Shown here in pieces: positions 38,822 through 48,715 of a DNA stretch of 64,000 bases. The first letter of the stretch is position 1. The number at the start of each line of letters is the position of its first letter. The notes below the pieces were generated by a model that was not told the origin of the DNA, made no database searches, and was given only the letters and a program-made list of their open reading frames with translations. Where the stretch lies: the NCBI GenBank assembly GCA_963786935.1, contig CAWBAN010000005.1, positions 128,001-192,000 on the forward strand, read 5' to 3'. The translations under genes and the position numbers were made by a program. Origin of the DNA: an uncultured bacterium. Lineage in GTDB: Bacteria > Krumholzibacteriota > Krumholzibacteriia > Krumholzibacteriales > Krumholzibacteriaceae.

Positions 38822-41800
38822 CTAACGTTTCAGGATTGCCAGCAGATCGGATTCGATCGACGTCGCCGGGGCTTCGACGATGCGCCCGAGCTCGACGCCG
38901 TTGCGAGAGACGATGATCGTCTCGACCCGCTCCGTGCCGTACCAGGCGCGCGCATTCCTCGACCAGTCGATGAGCTCCTGCGGGAGCGCCGCTTCCGGCA
39001 CCGGCTTCGCCCGCTCGACGGCGAATATCTTCATCGCGTCGTACGAGAATCCGATCGAATCGAGCACCTTCCAGAGGCGCGGCACCTCGCGGTGCGAATC
39101 GCTGCACCACGTGCCGAGGACGAGGACGATTTCGATTCCCGGGAGGCGGCCGGCGAGATCGCCGAGGATCGTCGCGTCGGGCTGATAGGTGAAATACTCG
39201 GCGTCCCATCCGGCGAGATTCGAAACGATGTCGTCGCGGGTGACGTCGCCGAGGACCAGCTTCGAGCCGTCCTGCTTCTCGATCACGCGGGGGCCGATCG
39301 ACGCGGGGAGGACGGGCGGCGGCGCGGCCTCCGGCGCTTCGGCGGCCGCGGCCGCTTCCGCCGCGGCGCCCTTCTCCGTCGCCTCGGCGCCTTCCGGCGG
39401 ATAGAGATCGCTCCACCACTCGGGCTCGTTCTTCAGGAATCGGTCGAACCACGCGATGATCGAGTTCGACCAGACCACCCGCTTCTTGTACTCGAGAATG
39501 AAGTGGTCCTGCCCGTCGAACTTGAGATACTCGACGGTCCTGCCGAGGAGCTTGAGCGCCGTGAAGAGCTGCTCGCTCTCGCCGGGCGGGACGTTCGTGT
39601 CGTCCCCGCCGTGGGTGAGGAGGAGCGGCGTCTTGATCTTGTCGGCGTTGAAGAGCGGGCTCTGATCGACGTAGATGTCGCGCCGGTTCCACGGGAAGCT
39701 GTTCGCGGCGGCGACGGCGTTGTAGCCGTATCCCCAGGTGCCCTCTCCCCAGTAGCTCGAGATCGAGCTGATCCCGGCGTGAGAGACGGCGGCGGCGAAC
39801 ATGTCGGTCTTGGTGACGAGGAGCTCGGTCATGAATCCGCCGAACGAGGCGCCGATGCATCCGAGCCGGGCGCCGTCGACGAAGGGGTGCGCCTCGACGA
39901 ACTTCTTCGTCCCCTCGATGATCTCGTCGGCGACGACCTTGCCCCAGTCGTTCACGTGCGCGGCGGAGAACTCCTGCCCGTACCCGGTCGCCCCGCTCGG
40001 CTGGAGGACGTAGACGACGTAGCCGTGCGCGGCCCAGAGGTTCTTCGGGTAGCGCCCGCCGTACGCGCGGTTCACCGGGGACGTGCCGCCGTAGTAATAG
40101 ACGATGCAGGGGTATTTCTTCTGCGGATCGAAGCCTCGCGGGAGGTAGTAGTAGCCGTCGATCGTTTTCCCGGCGGCGCTCGTGAAGCTCCAGTCCTCGA
40201 CCGCGCCGCTCGAAATGTCGGCGAAGGTCTCGGCGTTTGGATCGTATATCATTCTCGAGGCGCCCTTCTTGAGGTCGATCGCGTGGAGGCGCGGCGGGGT
40301 CGTGGCGCTCGAGCCGACGTCGGCGGCGACGAGCTTGCCCGTCGCGATATCGCCGTTCTCCGAGACGTCGAATCCCGTCTCGATGCGCGCGAAGGTCTTC
40401 TTCGCCGGATTGCAGCGGAAGAGTCCGGTCTTCGAGCCGACCTCGGCCGAGACGTAGATGTTTCCGTCTACCGCCGACCACACGGCGTCCTGGACCGCCG
40501 GATCGAAGTCGCGCGTGAGCGGCTCGACGGCCCTCGACGCGAGATCGAGCACGTAGAGCTGGCCGTCGTATTCGTTCGGGATCAAGCCCGCGCTCACCTT
40601 GAGCCCGATGGACCCGAAGGCCGACGGTCCCGACCGGATGAGGATCTTCTTCCCGTCGGGGGAGAAGGCGGCGTCGTCGAGCCAGCGTCCCTTCCAGAGC
40701 GAGTCGACGCTTTGATCCTCGAGATTCATGATGTAGAGATCGGCCGCGCCGTAGGGACGTTCCGAAAGATCCTCGTATCCTCTCGACAGGAGAATATGCT
40801 TTCCGTCCGGATGAACGTCGAAAATGCCCGTGCCGTGCTCGCCGGACGTCAGGCGGCGCGTCTCGCCGCCGGGGACCGTCGTGACGTAGAGATACGAGCG
40901 GTCGCCGCCGCCCCGCTGCCGGTCCTCGATTTTCGTGAGGTGCTTGAGGCCGCGCTTGTCCGGCTCGGCCTTTTCCGAGACCGTGTAAACGATGAAGGAG
41001 CCGTCGCGCGCCCAGAGGTAGTCGTCGAGGTTCTTCACGTTTTCGAGAATCGTGAGGCATTCGCCCGAGTCGAGATCGAGGAGGCGAAGCGTGCCGCTGT
41101 CCTTGTCCCCCGCGACCGTGTATGAGAGCCGTTTGCCGACGGGGGCCCACTGCACGTTCGACATCCGGTCGACGTCCCGGATCGTGCGCTCGAGGGAGCC
41201 GTCCTTCATTCGGCGGATCTCGAGCCAGCTCTGGCGCTTGTCGTCCACCCGGGAATATTTTCCGACGTTGAGCGCGACGAGGCTCCCGTCAGGGGAGAGC
41301 GCCAAGCGCGAAATCGCCTGGAGATAGAGAATCTCGTCGAGCGAGACGCTTCTGGCCGGAACAATGGAGCAAGCCGGATCGGCCCCGTTCCCGGCGGCGG
41401 AGAGGCTCACGTCGATGCGCCAGTCCGCGACGGAGGTGTCGGCCGCCGCGCGAACGCTCTTGACGATCAGGAGGTGCTTCCCCGGCTCGAGCTTCGCCTG
41501 TCCCGATTTCTTCTCGGCGAGGCCGGCCGCTTTGTCGCTCTTCGCGATCTCGGCGCCGTCGATCGTGACGGCGAACGCGTCGCTCGACCGCGCGCTCACG
41601 GAGAGCTTCGTCCAGCGCGGGACCTCGACGTAGGCGGCGAGATAGGCGATCGCGGGTGTTTCCCCGCCGACGGCTATCGACACGCCGTTCGTATCGGCCG
41701 CGGCGCTTCGCCAGAAGGCCTTCGAGCCGTAGAGAAGCGCCTGCGCCGCGCCCTCGACCGGCTTCATCGCCGCGAGCCGGATCTCCTCGTAGGAGAGAAG

Positions 41801-42028
41801 CTTCGCGGCGCCGGCCTTCGCGTCGGTCCCCGCGGCGAACGCGGGGAGCGGCGCCGGGAACGGCCCGAGCACGAGCCACGATTCGACGCGAACCGTTTTC
41901 GCGCCGGCCGCGGCCGCCGGCTTCTCCGCCGCGGCGGCCGCCGATTGCCCGGCCGCGACGCCCGCGATCGTGAGAAGCATGAGGGCGCCCAGGATGGCGA
42001 TGACGAGCATCCGGAATGTGCGTTCCAT
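38822..42028 (-). CDS. S9-family (acylaminoacyl/prolyl oligopeptidase-like) peptidase fused to a C-terminal thioredoxin-like domain
   Basis: Signal peptide, propeller SPDG repeats, GASFGG, HGGDDTNVP, GQDH; then an Ala/Glu/Pro linker and VLGTWCSDSHREVP. Confidence 0.88.
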   Translation of the reverse strand: MERTFRMLVIAILGALMLLTIAGVAAGQSAAAAAEKPAAAAGAKTVRVESWLVLGPFPAPLPAFAAGTDAKAGAAKLLSYEEIRLAAMKPVEGAAQALLYGSKAFWRSAAADTNGVSIAVGGETPAIAYLAAYVEVPRWTKLSVSARSSDAFAVTIDGAEIAKSDKAAGLAEKKSGQAKLEPGKHLLIVKSVRAAADTSVADWRIDVSLSAAGNGADPACSIVPARSVSLDEILYLQAISRLALSPDGSLVALNVGKYSRVDDKRQSWLEIRRMKDGSLERTIRDVDRMSNVQWAPVGKRLSYTVAGDKDSGTLRLLDLDSGECLTILENVKNLDDYLWARDGSFIVYTVSEKAEPDKRGLKHLTKIEDRQRGGGDRSYLYVTTVPGGETRRLTSGEHGTGIFDVHPDGKHILLSRGYEDLSERPYGAADLYIMNLEDQSVDSLWKGRWLDDAAFSPDGKKILIRSGPSAFGSIGLKVSAGLIPNEYDGQLYVLDLASRAVEPLTRDFDPAVQDAVWSAVDGNIYVSAEVGSKTGLFRCNPAKKTFARIETGFDVSENGDIATGKLVAADVGSSATTPPRLHAIDLKKGASRMIYDPNAETFADISSGAVEDWSFTSAAGKTIDGYYYLPRGFDPQKKYPCIVYYYGGTSPVNRAYGGRYPKNLWAAHGYVVYVLQPSGATGYGQEFSAAHVNDWGKVVADEIIEGTKKFVEAHPFVDGARLGCIGASFGGFMTELLVTKTDMFAAAVSHAGISSISSYWGEGTWGYGYNAVAAANSFPWNRRDIYVDQSPLFNADKIKTPLLLTHGGDDTNVPPGESEQLFTALKLLGRTVEYLKFDGQDHFILEYKKRVVWSNSIIAWFDRFLKNEPEWWSDLYPPEGAEATEKGAAAEAAAAAEAPEAAPPPVLPASIGPRVIEKQDGSKLVLGDVTRDDIVSNLAGWDAEYFTYQPDATILGDLAGRLPGIEIVLVLGTWCSDSHREVPRLWKVLDSIGFSYDAMKIFAVERAKPVPEAALPQELIDWSRNARAWYGTERVETIIVSRNGVELGRIVEAPATSIESDLLAILKR

Positions 42029-42250
42029 GAGATTCCTTTCTTCTGATGAGTGCTCCCGCACGTTCGATGGATTTGGGCGGATAACAAGCATTTCCGGGGA
42101 TTATAGCCGCTGCGCGACGAACTTTCAAGAGGTATGCTTCGAAACAACGCCCGGCGCCCCGCCCCGGCTCACCCGGACGGGCCCGGGGTATGGCGCGGCG
42201 AAGGAACTCCTTGCGCATCGCCGACCTTTCGCCTAGTCTCTTGTGCCGGA

Positions 42251-44320
42251 ATGCTACCGAAGCGCTTTCACCCGGGCTCGATCCTCGACAGAGTCGACGC
42301 GTCTCTTGCACGTGACGGGAGATGGATCGTCCTGCTCTTCGTCTGCTCCTTCGTCCTCAAGCTGATCTATGTCGTTCAGAGCGCGGACTCCCTTGCGTTG
42401 AGAGTTCCGATTCTCGACTCCCGGTACTACGACGATATGGCCAGGAGCATCGCCGCCGGGCAATTCGCTCAAAAAGAAGCCTTCTTCATGGGACCGCTCT
42501 ACCCGTATTTCGTCGCTCTCGTGTACGGCATTTTCGGCAGGAATTTGATGCTCCTGCGGGGCATCCAGATCTTCGGCGGCAGCGTGACAATCGTGCTGAC
42601 CTACCTCATCGGCACGAAGATCTTTCGCCCGTCCGTCGCGTTGCTCGGCGCGGCGATGCTCGCGCTGTACGGGGCCGGCACATTTTACGACGGGCAGCTC
42701 CTGATGGAGTGGCTCGGAACCCTTCTCGACACGCTGCTTCTCTTCGTGCTGCTGCGGGATTTCGGGAAGCGCAATGTTTTGAAATTCGTTCTGGCGGGGT
42801 TTCTGCTGGGTCTCTCGTCTCTTGCCCGCGCGAATATCCTGATATTCGCTCCCGTGGTCTTGCTCTGGGTGCTGTATGTCGCGAGGGAAAAGAAGAGGTT
42901 CGTTTCCGCCGCCGCGTTCGTCGCCGGCGCTCTTGTGACGATTGCTCCCGTGACCATTCACAACTACGCGGCGAGCAAGGATGCCGTCCCCATCACGTGG
43001 AACGGAGGAATGAACTTCTACATCGGCAACAGCGCCGAGGCCACCGGAGCCTATGTTTCCATCAAAGGCGTCGATTTCATTCGTGATACGAGCACGAAGC
43101 GATATGTCGAGCAGGCGGTGGGCCGGGACCTGAAGCCGTCGGACGTGTCGAGCTACTGGCTCGCGCGGGCTTGGACGTTTATCCGGGAGCGTCCGGGCGC
43201 CGAGCTGAGGCTCCTGTTCAGGAAAACGGGGCTGTTCTTCAATGGTTTCGAAATACCGCAAATCGAGAGCTTCGATCTCTCGAAAGCCGATTATGGAATT
43301 TTCAGGGCGCTGTTCGTCAATTTCTGGATGCTCAGCGTCCTGGGTGTGGCCGGCATGATCTACTCGGCGCGGGAATGGAGACGCCGGTTTCTCCTGTACG
43401 GATTCGTCATTTCCTATTCGGCGTCGATAATTCTGTTCTTCGTCACAGCGAGATATCGCGTCCACGTTGCGCCGGCCATCTGCCTCTTCGCGGCGTTCGG
43501 CGCGGCCGAGGTTGTCCCGCGCTCTTTCGCGACCGTGCGCCGCGCCATCTTCGCGTGCGCGACCTTCGGAGCGCTCGTCGTTCTCACGTGGCCGGGCTTG
43601 TTCGGCGTCGACATGGACTATATTCGCTGGCGCGAGCACATCCACGAGGGGCGGCAGTGGAGCATGCTGGGGGAGACCGACAAGGCTCTCGCGGAGGTAA
43701 ATAGGGCGGTCGCGCTTCGTCCCGATGACTCGGAATCGTACCTCCAGAGGGCTATCATCCGGAAGGAGTCCGGCAAGCTCTTCGAGGCCGTCGAGGATTA
43801 TGCTCGTTCGCTCAGAATCAATCCCGCCATGCCCGGCGTTCATTACGATCTCGCCCAGGCGTTGCGGGAAGCCGGCATGTATCGGGAGGCCGCGGGCGAA
43901 TACCGGGAGGCAATCGCCCGGGACTCCCTCATGGTCGAGGCATACAACAATCTGGGCATCACGTACCGGCTGTTGAAGAGTCCCGATGAAGCGATCCGAT
44001 GTTTCCGGCGGGCGATACGGATCAATCCCCGTCATATGAAGGCGCGCAACAACCTCGGAGCGGCTCTGGCGGAAAGCGGAGACGTCGATGGGGCGATTGC
44101 GTGCTTCGAAGAGGCGATCGAGAGAGAGCCCGCCTATGCGAATTCGTACAAGAATCTTGCCATGGCGTATGTGGCCAAGAATCGCTTCCGGGAAGCCAAG
44201 AAGAACATGGAACGCTATCTCGAGCTCGCGCCCGATGACGCCGGCGCGGCCGAATTGCTGCGGGGGATCACGGCCGCCATCGCGGCGGATACGAGCACGG
44301 GCGATGCCGGGCGGAGATGA
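42251..44320 (+). CDS. GT-C (PMT/family 39-like) membrane glycosyltransferase with C-terminal TPR repeats
   Basis: DSRYYDDMA, PLYPYF, many TMs, NFYIGN, ARYR; TPRs such as AYNNLGITY and ARNNLGAAL. Confidence 0.8.
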   Translation: MLPKRFHPGSILDRVDASLARDGRWIVLLFVCSFVLKLIYVVQSADSLALRVPILDSRYYDDMARSIAAGQFAQKEAFFMGPLYPYFVALVYGIFGRNLMLLRGIQIFGGSVTIVLTYLIGTKIFRPSVALLGAAMLALYGAGTFYDGQLLMEWLGTLLDTLLLFVLLRDFGKRNVLKFVLAGFLLGLSSLARANILIFAPVVLLWVLYVAREKKRFVSAAAFVAGALVTIAPVTIHNYAASKDAVPITWNGGMNFYIGNSAEATGAYVSIKGVDFIRDTSTKRYVEQAVGRDLKPSDVSSYWLARAWTFIRERPGAELRLLFRKTGLFFNGFEIPQIESFDLSKADYGIFRALFVNFWMLSVLGVAGMIYSAREWRRRFLLYGFVISYSASIILFFVTARYRVHVAPAICLFAAFGAAEVVPRSFATVRRAIFACATFGALVVLTWPGLFGVDMDYIRWREHIHEGRQWSMLGETDKALAEVNRAVALRPDDSESYLQRAIIRKESGKLFEAVEDYARSLRINPAMPGVHYDLAQALREAGMYREAAGEYREAIARDSLMVEAYNNLGITYRLLKSPDEAIRCFRRAIRINPRHMKARNNLGAALAESGDVDGAIACFEEAIEREPAYANSYKNLAMAYVAKNRFREAKKNMERYLELAPDDAGAAELLRGITAAIAADTSTGDAGRR

Positions 44321-44483
44321 AGGGATGGCGGCGCCGCCGCGCATATCTCTTTGATCGCCGCTTCGATCCCTTCGGGCTATCGCCCCTCTCCCGCTCATAA
44401 AGTACGTTGCGTACCACGGCGCATTTTCTTATTATGTAGCGAAATACGAAGTATCAGATAGGGCCTCGAGCAGGAGAAAGCGC

Positions 44484-45053
44484 ATGAAAGCGACATATGC
44501 CGTTCTGGGCGCTGTGCTCTGCATAGCGATCGCGGCGGGCTGCAACGGGAAGGGCGAATCGAAGGCGTCGTCGGACGCGGCGGGCATGGCCGCTCCGGCG
44601 GAGACCGCCGGCATGTGGGTTCCCTTCAACGAGGGGATGGCCCGCGCCGAGAAGGAGAACAAGCACGCCGTCATCGATTTCTACACGACGTGGTGCCACT
44701 GGTGCAAGGTCATGGACCGGGAAACGTTCGCGGATCCCGAGGTCAAGAAATACCTCGCGGAGAACTTCGTCACGATACGGATCAACGCCGAGAGCACCAC
44801 GGAGAAGGTAAAGTACAAGGGGCGGGAGATGACGCCGGTGGAGCTCGCCCGCGCGTTCAACGTGCGGGGGTTCCCCTCGCTCGCCTATCTCGACCGGGGC
44901 GGGGAGCTCGTGACGATCGTCCCCGGTTTTGTCCCCGCCAAGACGTTCCTGCCGCTCCTGCGCTATATGCAGATGGAGTGCTACAAGCAGCAGATGACGT
45001 TCGAGGAGTTCATGAAGAAAAAGGGCGAATGCGACACGACCGGCACGATATAG
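44484..45053 (+). CDS. Thioredoxin-fold lipoprotein (SoxW/DsbD-like)
   Basis: Lipobox AAGC; IDFYTTWCHWCKVM; VRGFPS cis-Pro loop. Confidence 0.88.
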   Translation: MKATYAVLGAVLCIAIAAGCNGKGESKASSDAAGMAAPAETAGMWVPFNEGMARAEKENKHAVIDFYTTWCHWCKVMDRETFADPEVKKYLAENFVTIRINAESTTEKVKYKGREMTPVELARAFNVRGFPSLAYLDRGGELVTIVPGFVPAKTFLPLLRYMQMECYKQQMTFEEFMKKKGECDTTGTI

Positions 45054-45084
45054 ACTTCGCGGAAATGAAGGGAAGGAGAGCGAA

Positions 45085-46173
45085 ATGAGGATCGGAGTGC
45101 TGACCGGCGGCGGAGACGCGCCGGGACTCAATCCCGCGATCGCGGGCATCGTCGAGCGGGCGACGATGGACGGTTTCGAGGTGGTCGGTCTCAAGCGCGG
45201 ATGGCAGGCGCTCGCGATACGCGAGAACGACAAACACGTCGTGAAGCTCGGCCCCGAGATCATCAGGGAGTACAGCCGCCTCGGCGGGAGCAAGATACAG
45301 TGCAGCAGGACGAATCCGGTGAGCCCGCAGAACGACCGCACCGAGATCGTCAGGGAGAATATCAAGAAATTCAAGCTCGACGCGGTTATCGCGATCGGCG
45401 GCGAGGACACGCTCGGCGCCGCCGAAGTGCTCTCCGAGCGGGGGATCCCCGTGGTCGGCGTTCCGAAGACGATCGACCGCGACCTCGCGGGCACCGAATA
45501 CACGCTCGGCTACGACACGGCGCTCAACGTCATCTGCGAGAGCGCGGAGCGCATCGCGCACACGGCGGAGTCCCACGAGACGATCTTTTTCCTCGAGGTC
45601 ATGGGGAGGCACGCCGGATGGCTCGCGCTCCGCGGGGGCGAATCGGCTTTCGCCGACGTCATCCTGATTCCGGAGCACACGTTTTCCATTCAGCAGCTCA
45701 TCTCGGTGCTGAAGGAGCGGCAGAAGGAAACCGACGACCTGAATCTCGGTTTCGAGCACCGGTACAAGATCATCGTCGTCTCCGAAGGAGCCCACATCGA
45801 GGGGGAGGAAGCGGTGCGGCGCGACAGCAAGCTCGACGAGTTCGGCCATTACAGCCTCGGCGGCGTGGGGGATTACCTCAAGGGGCTCCTCGAGCACGAG
45901 TTCAAGCACACGCGCTACACGGCGCTCGCGTATCTCCAGCGCGGCGCGCCTCCGACGCAGCGCGACCGCCAGATCGGGCGGCGGTTCGGGCACAGCGCCG
46001 TCGAGCTGGTCAAGGACGGCAAGTTCGGGCACATGGTGGCCGTGCAGAAGTCGAAGCTCGTGGTCGTGCCGCTCCGCGAGGTGCGCAAGTCGCCGCGCCT
46101 CGTCGACGTCGACAAGCTCTACGACAAAGAGCGGCTCAACGTGAAGATCGAGAATCCCCTGCTCGACACTTGA
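45085..46173 (+). CDS. pfkA: 6-phosphofructokinase, probably PPi-dependent
   Basis: LTGGGDAPGLN, IGGEDT, VPKTID, EVMGRHAGWLA. Confidence 0.9.
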   Translation: MRIGVLTGGGDAPGLNPAIAGIVERATMDGFEVVGLKRGWQALAIRENDKHVVKLGPEIIREYSRLGGSKIQCSRTNPVSPQNDRTEIVRENIKKFKLDAVIAIGGEDTLGAAEVLSERGIPVVGVPKTIDRDLAGTEYTLGYDTALNVICESAERIAHTAESHETIFFLEVMGRHAGWLALRGGESAFADVILIPEHTFSIQQLISVLKERQKETDDLNLGFEHRYKIIVVSEGAHIEGEEAVRRDSKLDEFGHYSLGGVGDYLKGLLEHEFKHTRYTALAYLQRGAPPTQRDRQIGRRFGHSAVELVKDGKFGHMVAVQKSKLVVVPLREVRKSPRLVDVDKLYDKERLNVKIENPLLDT

Positions 46174-46225
46174 CTGACGGCCCCGCAGCGGGCGGCGGCG
46201 TCGAAGCGCAGCGAGCCGGAGCCCG

Positions 46226-47368
46226 TCAGCCTCTCCTGAAGATGGAGACGATCTCCGCGTGGTACGTGGCGGGGAAGAGATCGACGAGGTCGATCTCCGA
46301 GAGGATGTAGCCTGCCTCGACGAGGGCGCTGGCGTCCCGCGCGAAGGTCGGCGGGTCGCATGAGACAAAGATGAGCTCCTGCGGCTTGATCCGGATGATT
46401 CCCTGAAGAACAGCTTTGGGCAGCCCGAGCCGCGGCGGATCGACCATGACGAGGTCATATCCGCCGAGCCGCCCGATCTCCCGCTCCGCGTTGCCGCGGC
46501 GGAACCGCACGTTCGCGATCGCGTTGAGCCTCGCGGCCGCGACGGCGTTCCGGACCGCCTCCTGATTCTGCTCGATCCCGAACGCCTCGACCGCCATCCG
46601 CGCGAGCGGCAGGGTGAAGAATCCGGCGCCGCAGTAGAGATCGAGGAGCTTCCGGCGCGCCGCCACGGGGAGCGAGCCGACGAGCTCCATGAGCGGCGCG
46701 GCGAGGAACCGGTTCACCTGGAAGAACGAGCCGCGGTTCACCGGGAACAGGAGCCCTCCCGTCTCCATGAGGACCTCGGGGGGGCCCGGGCGATCGAGAA
46801 GCCCCCAGAAATGCACCGCGCCGAACTTGTCCATCCGGACGCGCACCTCGGTGAGCGGTTCGAACGCCTCCGGCGGGATCTCCGCGATCTCCCGTCTCAT
46901 CTCCTCGGGAAGCAGGAGGCATCCCTGCGGGGGGAACGGCACGAGCGCGTCCGATTCCCTCATGAGGAACCCGGGGCGCCGCTCGGCGTCGATCTTGAAT
47001 ATCGCGTGATTCCGGTAGCCGTAACGCTCGGGGCAGGGAATCACGCGCTTGAAATCGGTTTTGATCTTCCCGATGCGCTCGAGGTCCTCGAGGATGCTCT
47101 CGCGCTTGATCTTCATCTCGTCCTCGTAGGCGAGATGCTGCAGGTGGCAGCCGCCGCACGTTCCGAAGACGGGACATTCCGCTTCGCGCCGCATCGGAGA
47201 CGGCGTCACGACGCGCTCGATGCGGCCGAAGATCACGTTCTTCTTCTCGCGCGCCGCGGAGAATTCGACCGTGTCCCCGGGCGCCGCGTACGGAATGAAC
47301 GCCGTCTTGCCCTCGACGAACGCGAGACCGTAGCCTCCGTGAACGATCTTCTTGATTTCACCGATCAT
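46226..47368 (-). CDS. rlmD: 23S rRNA m5U methyltransferase, RlmD/TrmA family
   Basis: TRAM domain, CPVFGTCGGC Fe-S motif, SFFQVN, LDLYCGAG, VDPPRLG, VSCDP, DLFPATYH. Confidence 0.88.
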   Translation of the reverse strand: MIGEIKKIVHGGYGLAFVEGKTAFIPYAAPGDTVEFSAAREKKNVIFGRIERVVTPSPMRREAECPVFGTCGGCHLQHLAYEDEMKIKRESILEDLERIGKIKTDFKRVIPCPERYGYRNHAIFKIDAERRPGFLMRESDALVPFPPQGCLLLPEEMRREIAEIPPEAFEPLTEVRVRMDKFGAVHFWGLLDRPGPPEVLMETGGLLFPVNRGSFFQVNRFLAAPLMELVGSLPVAARRKLLDLYCGAGFFTLPLARMAVEAFGIEQNQEAVRNAVAAARLNAIANVRFRRGNAEREIGRLGGYDLVMVDPPRLGLPKAVLQGIIRIKPQELIFVSCDPPTFARDASALVEAGYILSEIDLVDLFPATYHAEIVSIFRRG

Positions 47369-47500
47369 GCTTTCAGATATAACAGTCGCCGCGCCCGGGC
47401 GAAACACAATTCTGCTCAAATACGTTCGCGCGCCGCCAACTTACCCTTTACCGGCCCGCCGCCGAAGACTATACTCGCCTGAAATCACGGGGAGTTCCGC

Positions 47501-48706
47501 ATGAGAATCGGCATGATGATGAAATGGAAGATCCCGCCGCCCAACGTGCGCGTCGCGAACGAGGCCCGCACGCTCAATACGGCCGGGCACAAGGTCTTCT
47601 TCCTCATCGAGGGGAGGGCGGGAGAGCCCCGCGAGGAAGCGATCAACGGCGTGAACGTCGTGCGGGGCGTGAAAATGGGGAGACCGCGGGAGATCTGGCA
47701 CCGCTACACGTTCAACTTCACCTACCGCGATCGGCTCTGGGCGAAGGCGATCGAGCGGTTTGTCCGCGAGCACGGCATCGACGTCCTCCACGTGAACGAT
47801 CTGCCCCTTCTCCGGGAGGCTCTCCGTGCGGGGAAGCGGCTCGGGCTCCCCGTCGTGGCCGATCTCCACGAGAATTATCCGGCGGGGCTCCAGGTCTGGT
47901 ACACGAATCGCCTGAAGAAGGCGACGATCTACGAGCGCGGCCGCTGGGAGCGCTACGAGCGCGAGTCGCTTCGGGAGGTCGACGCCGTCATCGTCGTGAT
48001 CGAGGAGGCGCGCGACCGGCTCGTGAATCTCGGCGTGCGCGCCGACAAGATTTCGGTCGTGCCGAACACGGTGCCCGCGCCGGCGGGGGAGATCCCGGTC
48101 GATCAGCGCGTCGTCGAGCGTTACCGGGGGAGCTTCGTCGTGTCGTACGTCGGGGGCTTCGCGCCGCACCGGGGCCTCGATGTCGTCATCCGTTCGCTCC
48201 CGATCGCGCGCGAGCGGATCAAGAACCTGAAGCTCGTGCTCGTCGGCGGCGGGAACGACGCCTATCGCGCTCGCCTCGAGTCTCTCGCGCGGGAGCTCCG
48301 CTGCGGGGATATCGTCGAGATGACCGGCTGGAAGCCGCAGGAGGCGATCTGGAGCTACATCGAGGCGAGCGCCGTGTGCCTCGTGCCGCATGCGCGCAAT
48401 CCCCACACCGACACGACGATCCCGAACAAGATTTTCCAGTACATGATGCGCGGCAAACCCGTGATCGTGAGCGACTGCCCGCCGCTCGCGCGGATCGCGC
48501 GCGACACGGGAGGCGGGCTCGTTTTCCGCTGGGACGATCCGGCCTCCCTCGCGGAGAAGATCGTCGAGCTCCACCGGAACGAGGGCGAGCGCGAGCGGAT
48601 GGCTGCCGCGGGACGGGCGAGCGTGCTCGACCGCTATACATGGGAAAAGACGAGCGCGCCGCTCGCGGAGCTCTACCGGCGGCTCGGAACGATGAGAAAG
48701 GCGTGA
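47501..48706 (+). CDS. Glycosyltransferase family 4
   Basis: VVADLHENYP, PHRGLD, PNKIFQYMMRGKPVIVSD. Confidence 0.9.
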   Translation: MRIGMMMKWKIPPPNVRVANEARTLNTAGHKVFFLIEGRAGEPREEAINGVNVVRGVKMGRPREIWHRYTFNFTYRDRLWAKAIERFVREHGIDVLHVNDLPLLREALRAGKRLGLPVVADLHENYPAGLQVWYTNRLKKATIYERGRWERYERESLREVDAVIVVIEEARDRLVNLGVRADKISVVPNTVPAPAGEIPVDQRVVERYRGSFVVSYVGGFAPHRGLDVVIRSLPIARERIKNLKLVLVGGGNDAYRARLESLARELRCGDIVEMTGWKPQEAIWSYIEASAVCLVPHARNPHTDTTIPNKIFQYMMRGKPVIVSDCPPLARIARDTGGGLVFRWDDPASLAEKIVELHRNEGERERMAAAGRASVLDRYTWEKTSAPLAELYRRLGTMRKA

Positions 48707-48715
48707 GAATCCGAT

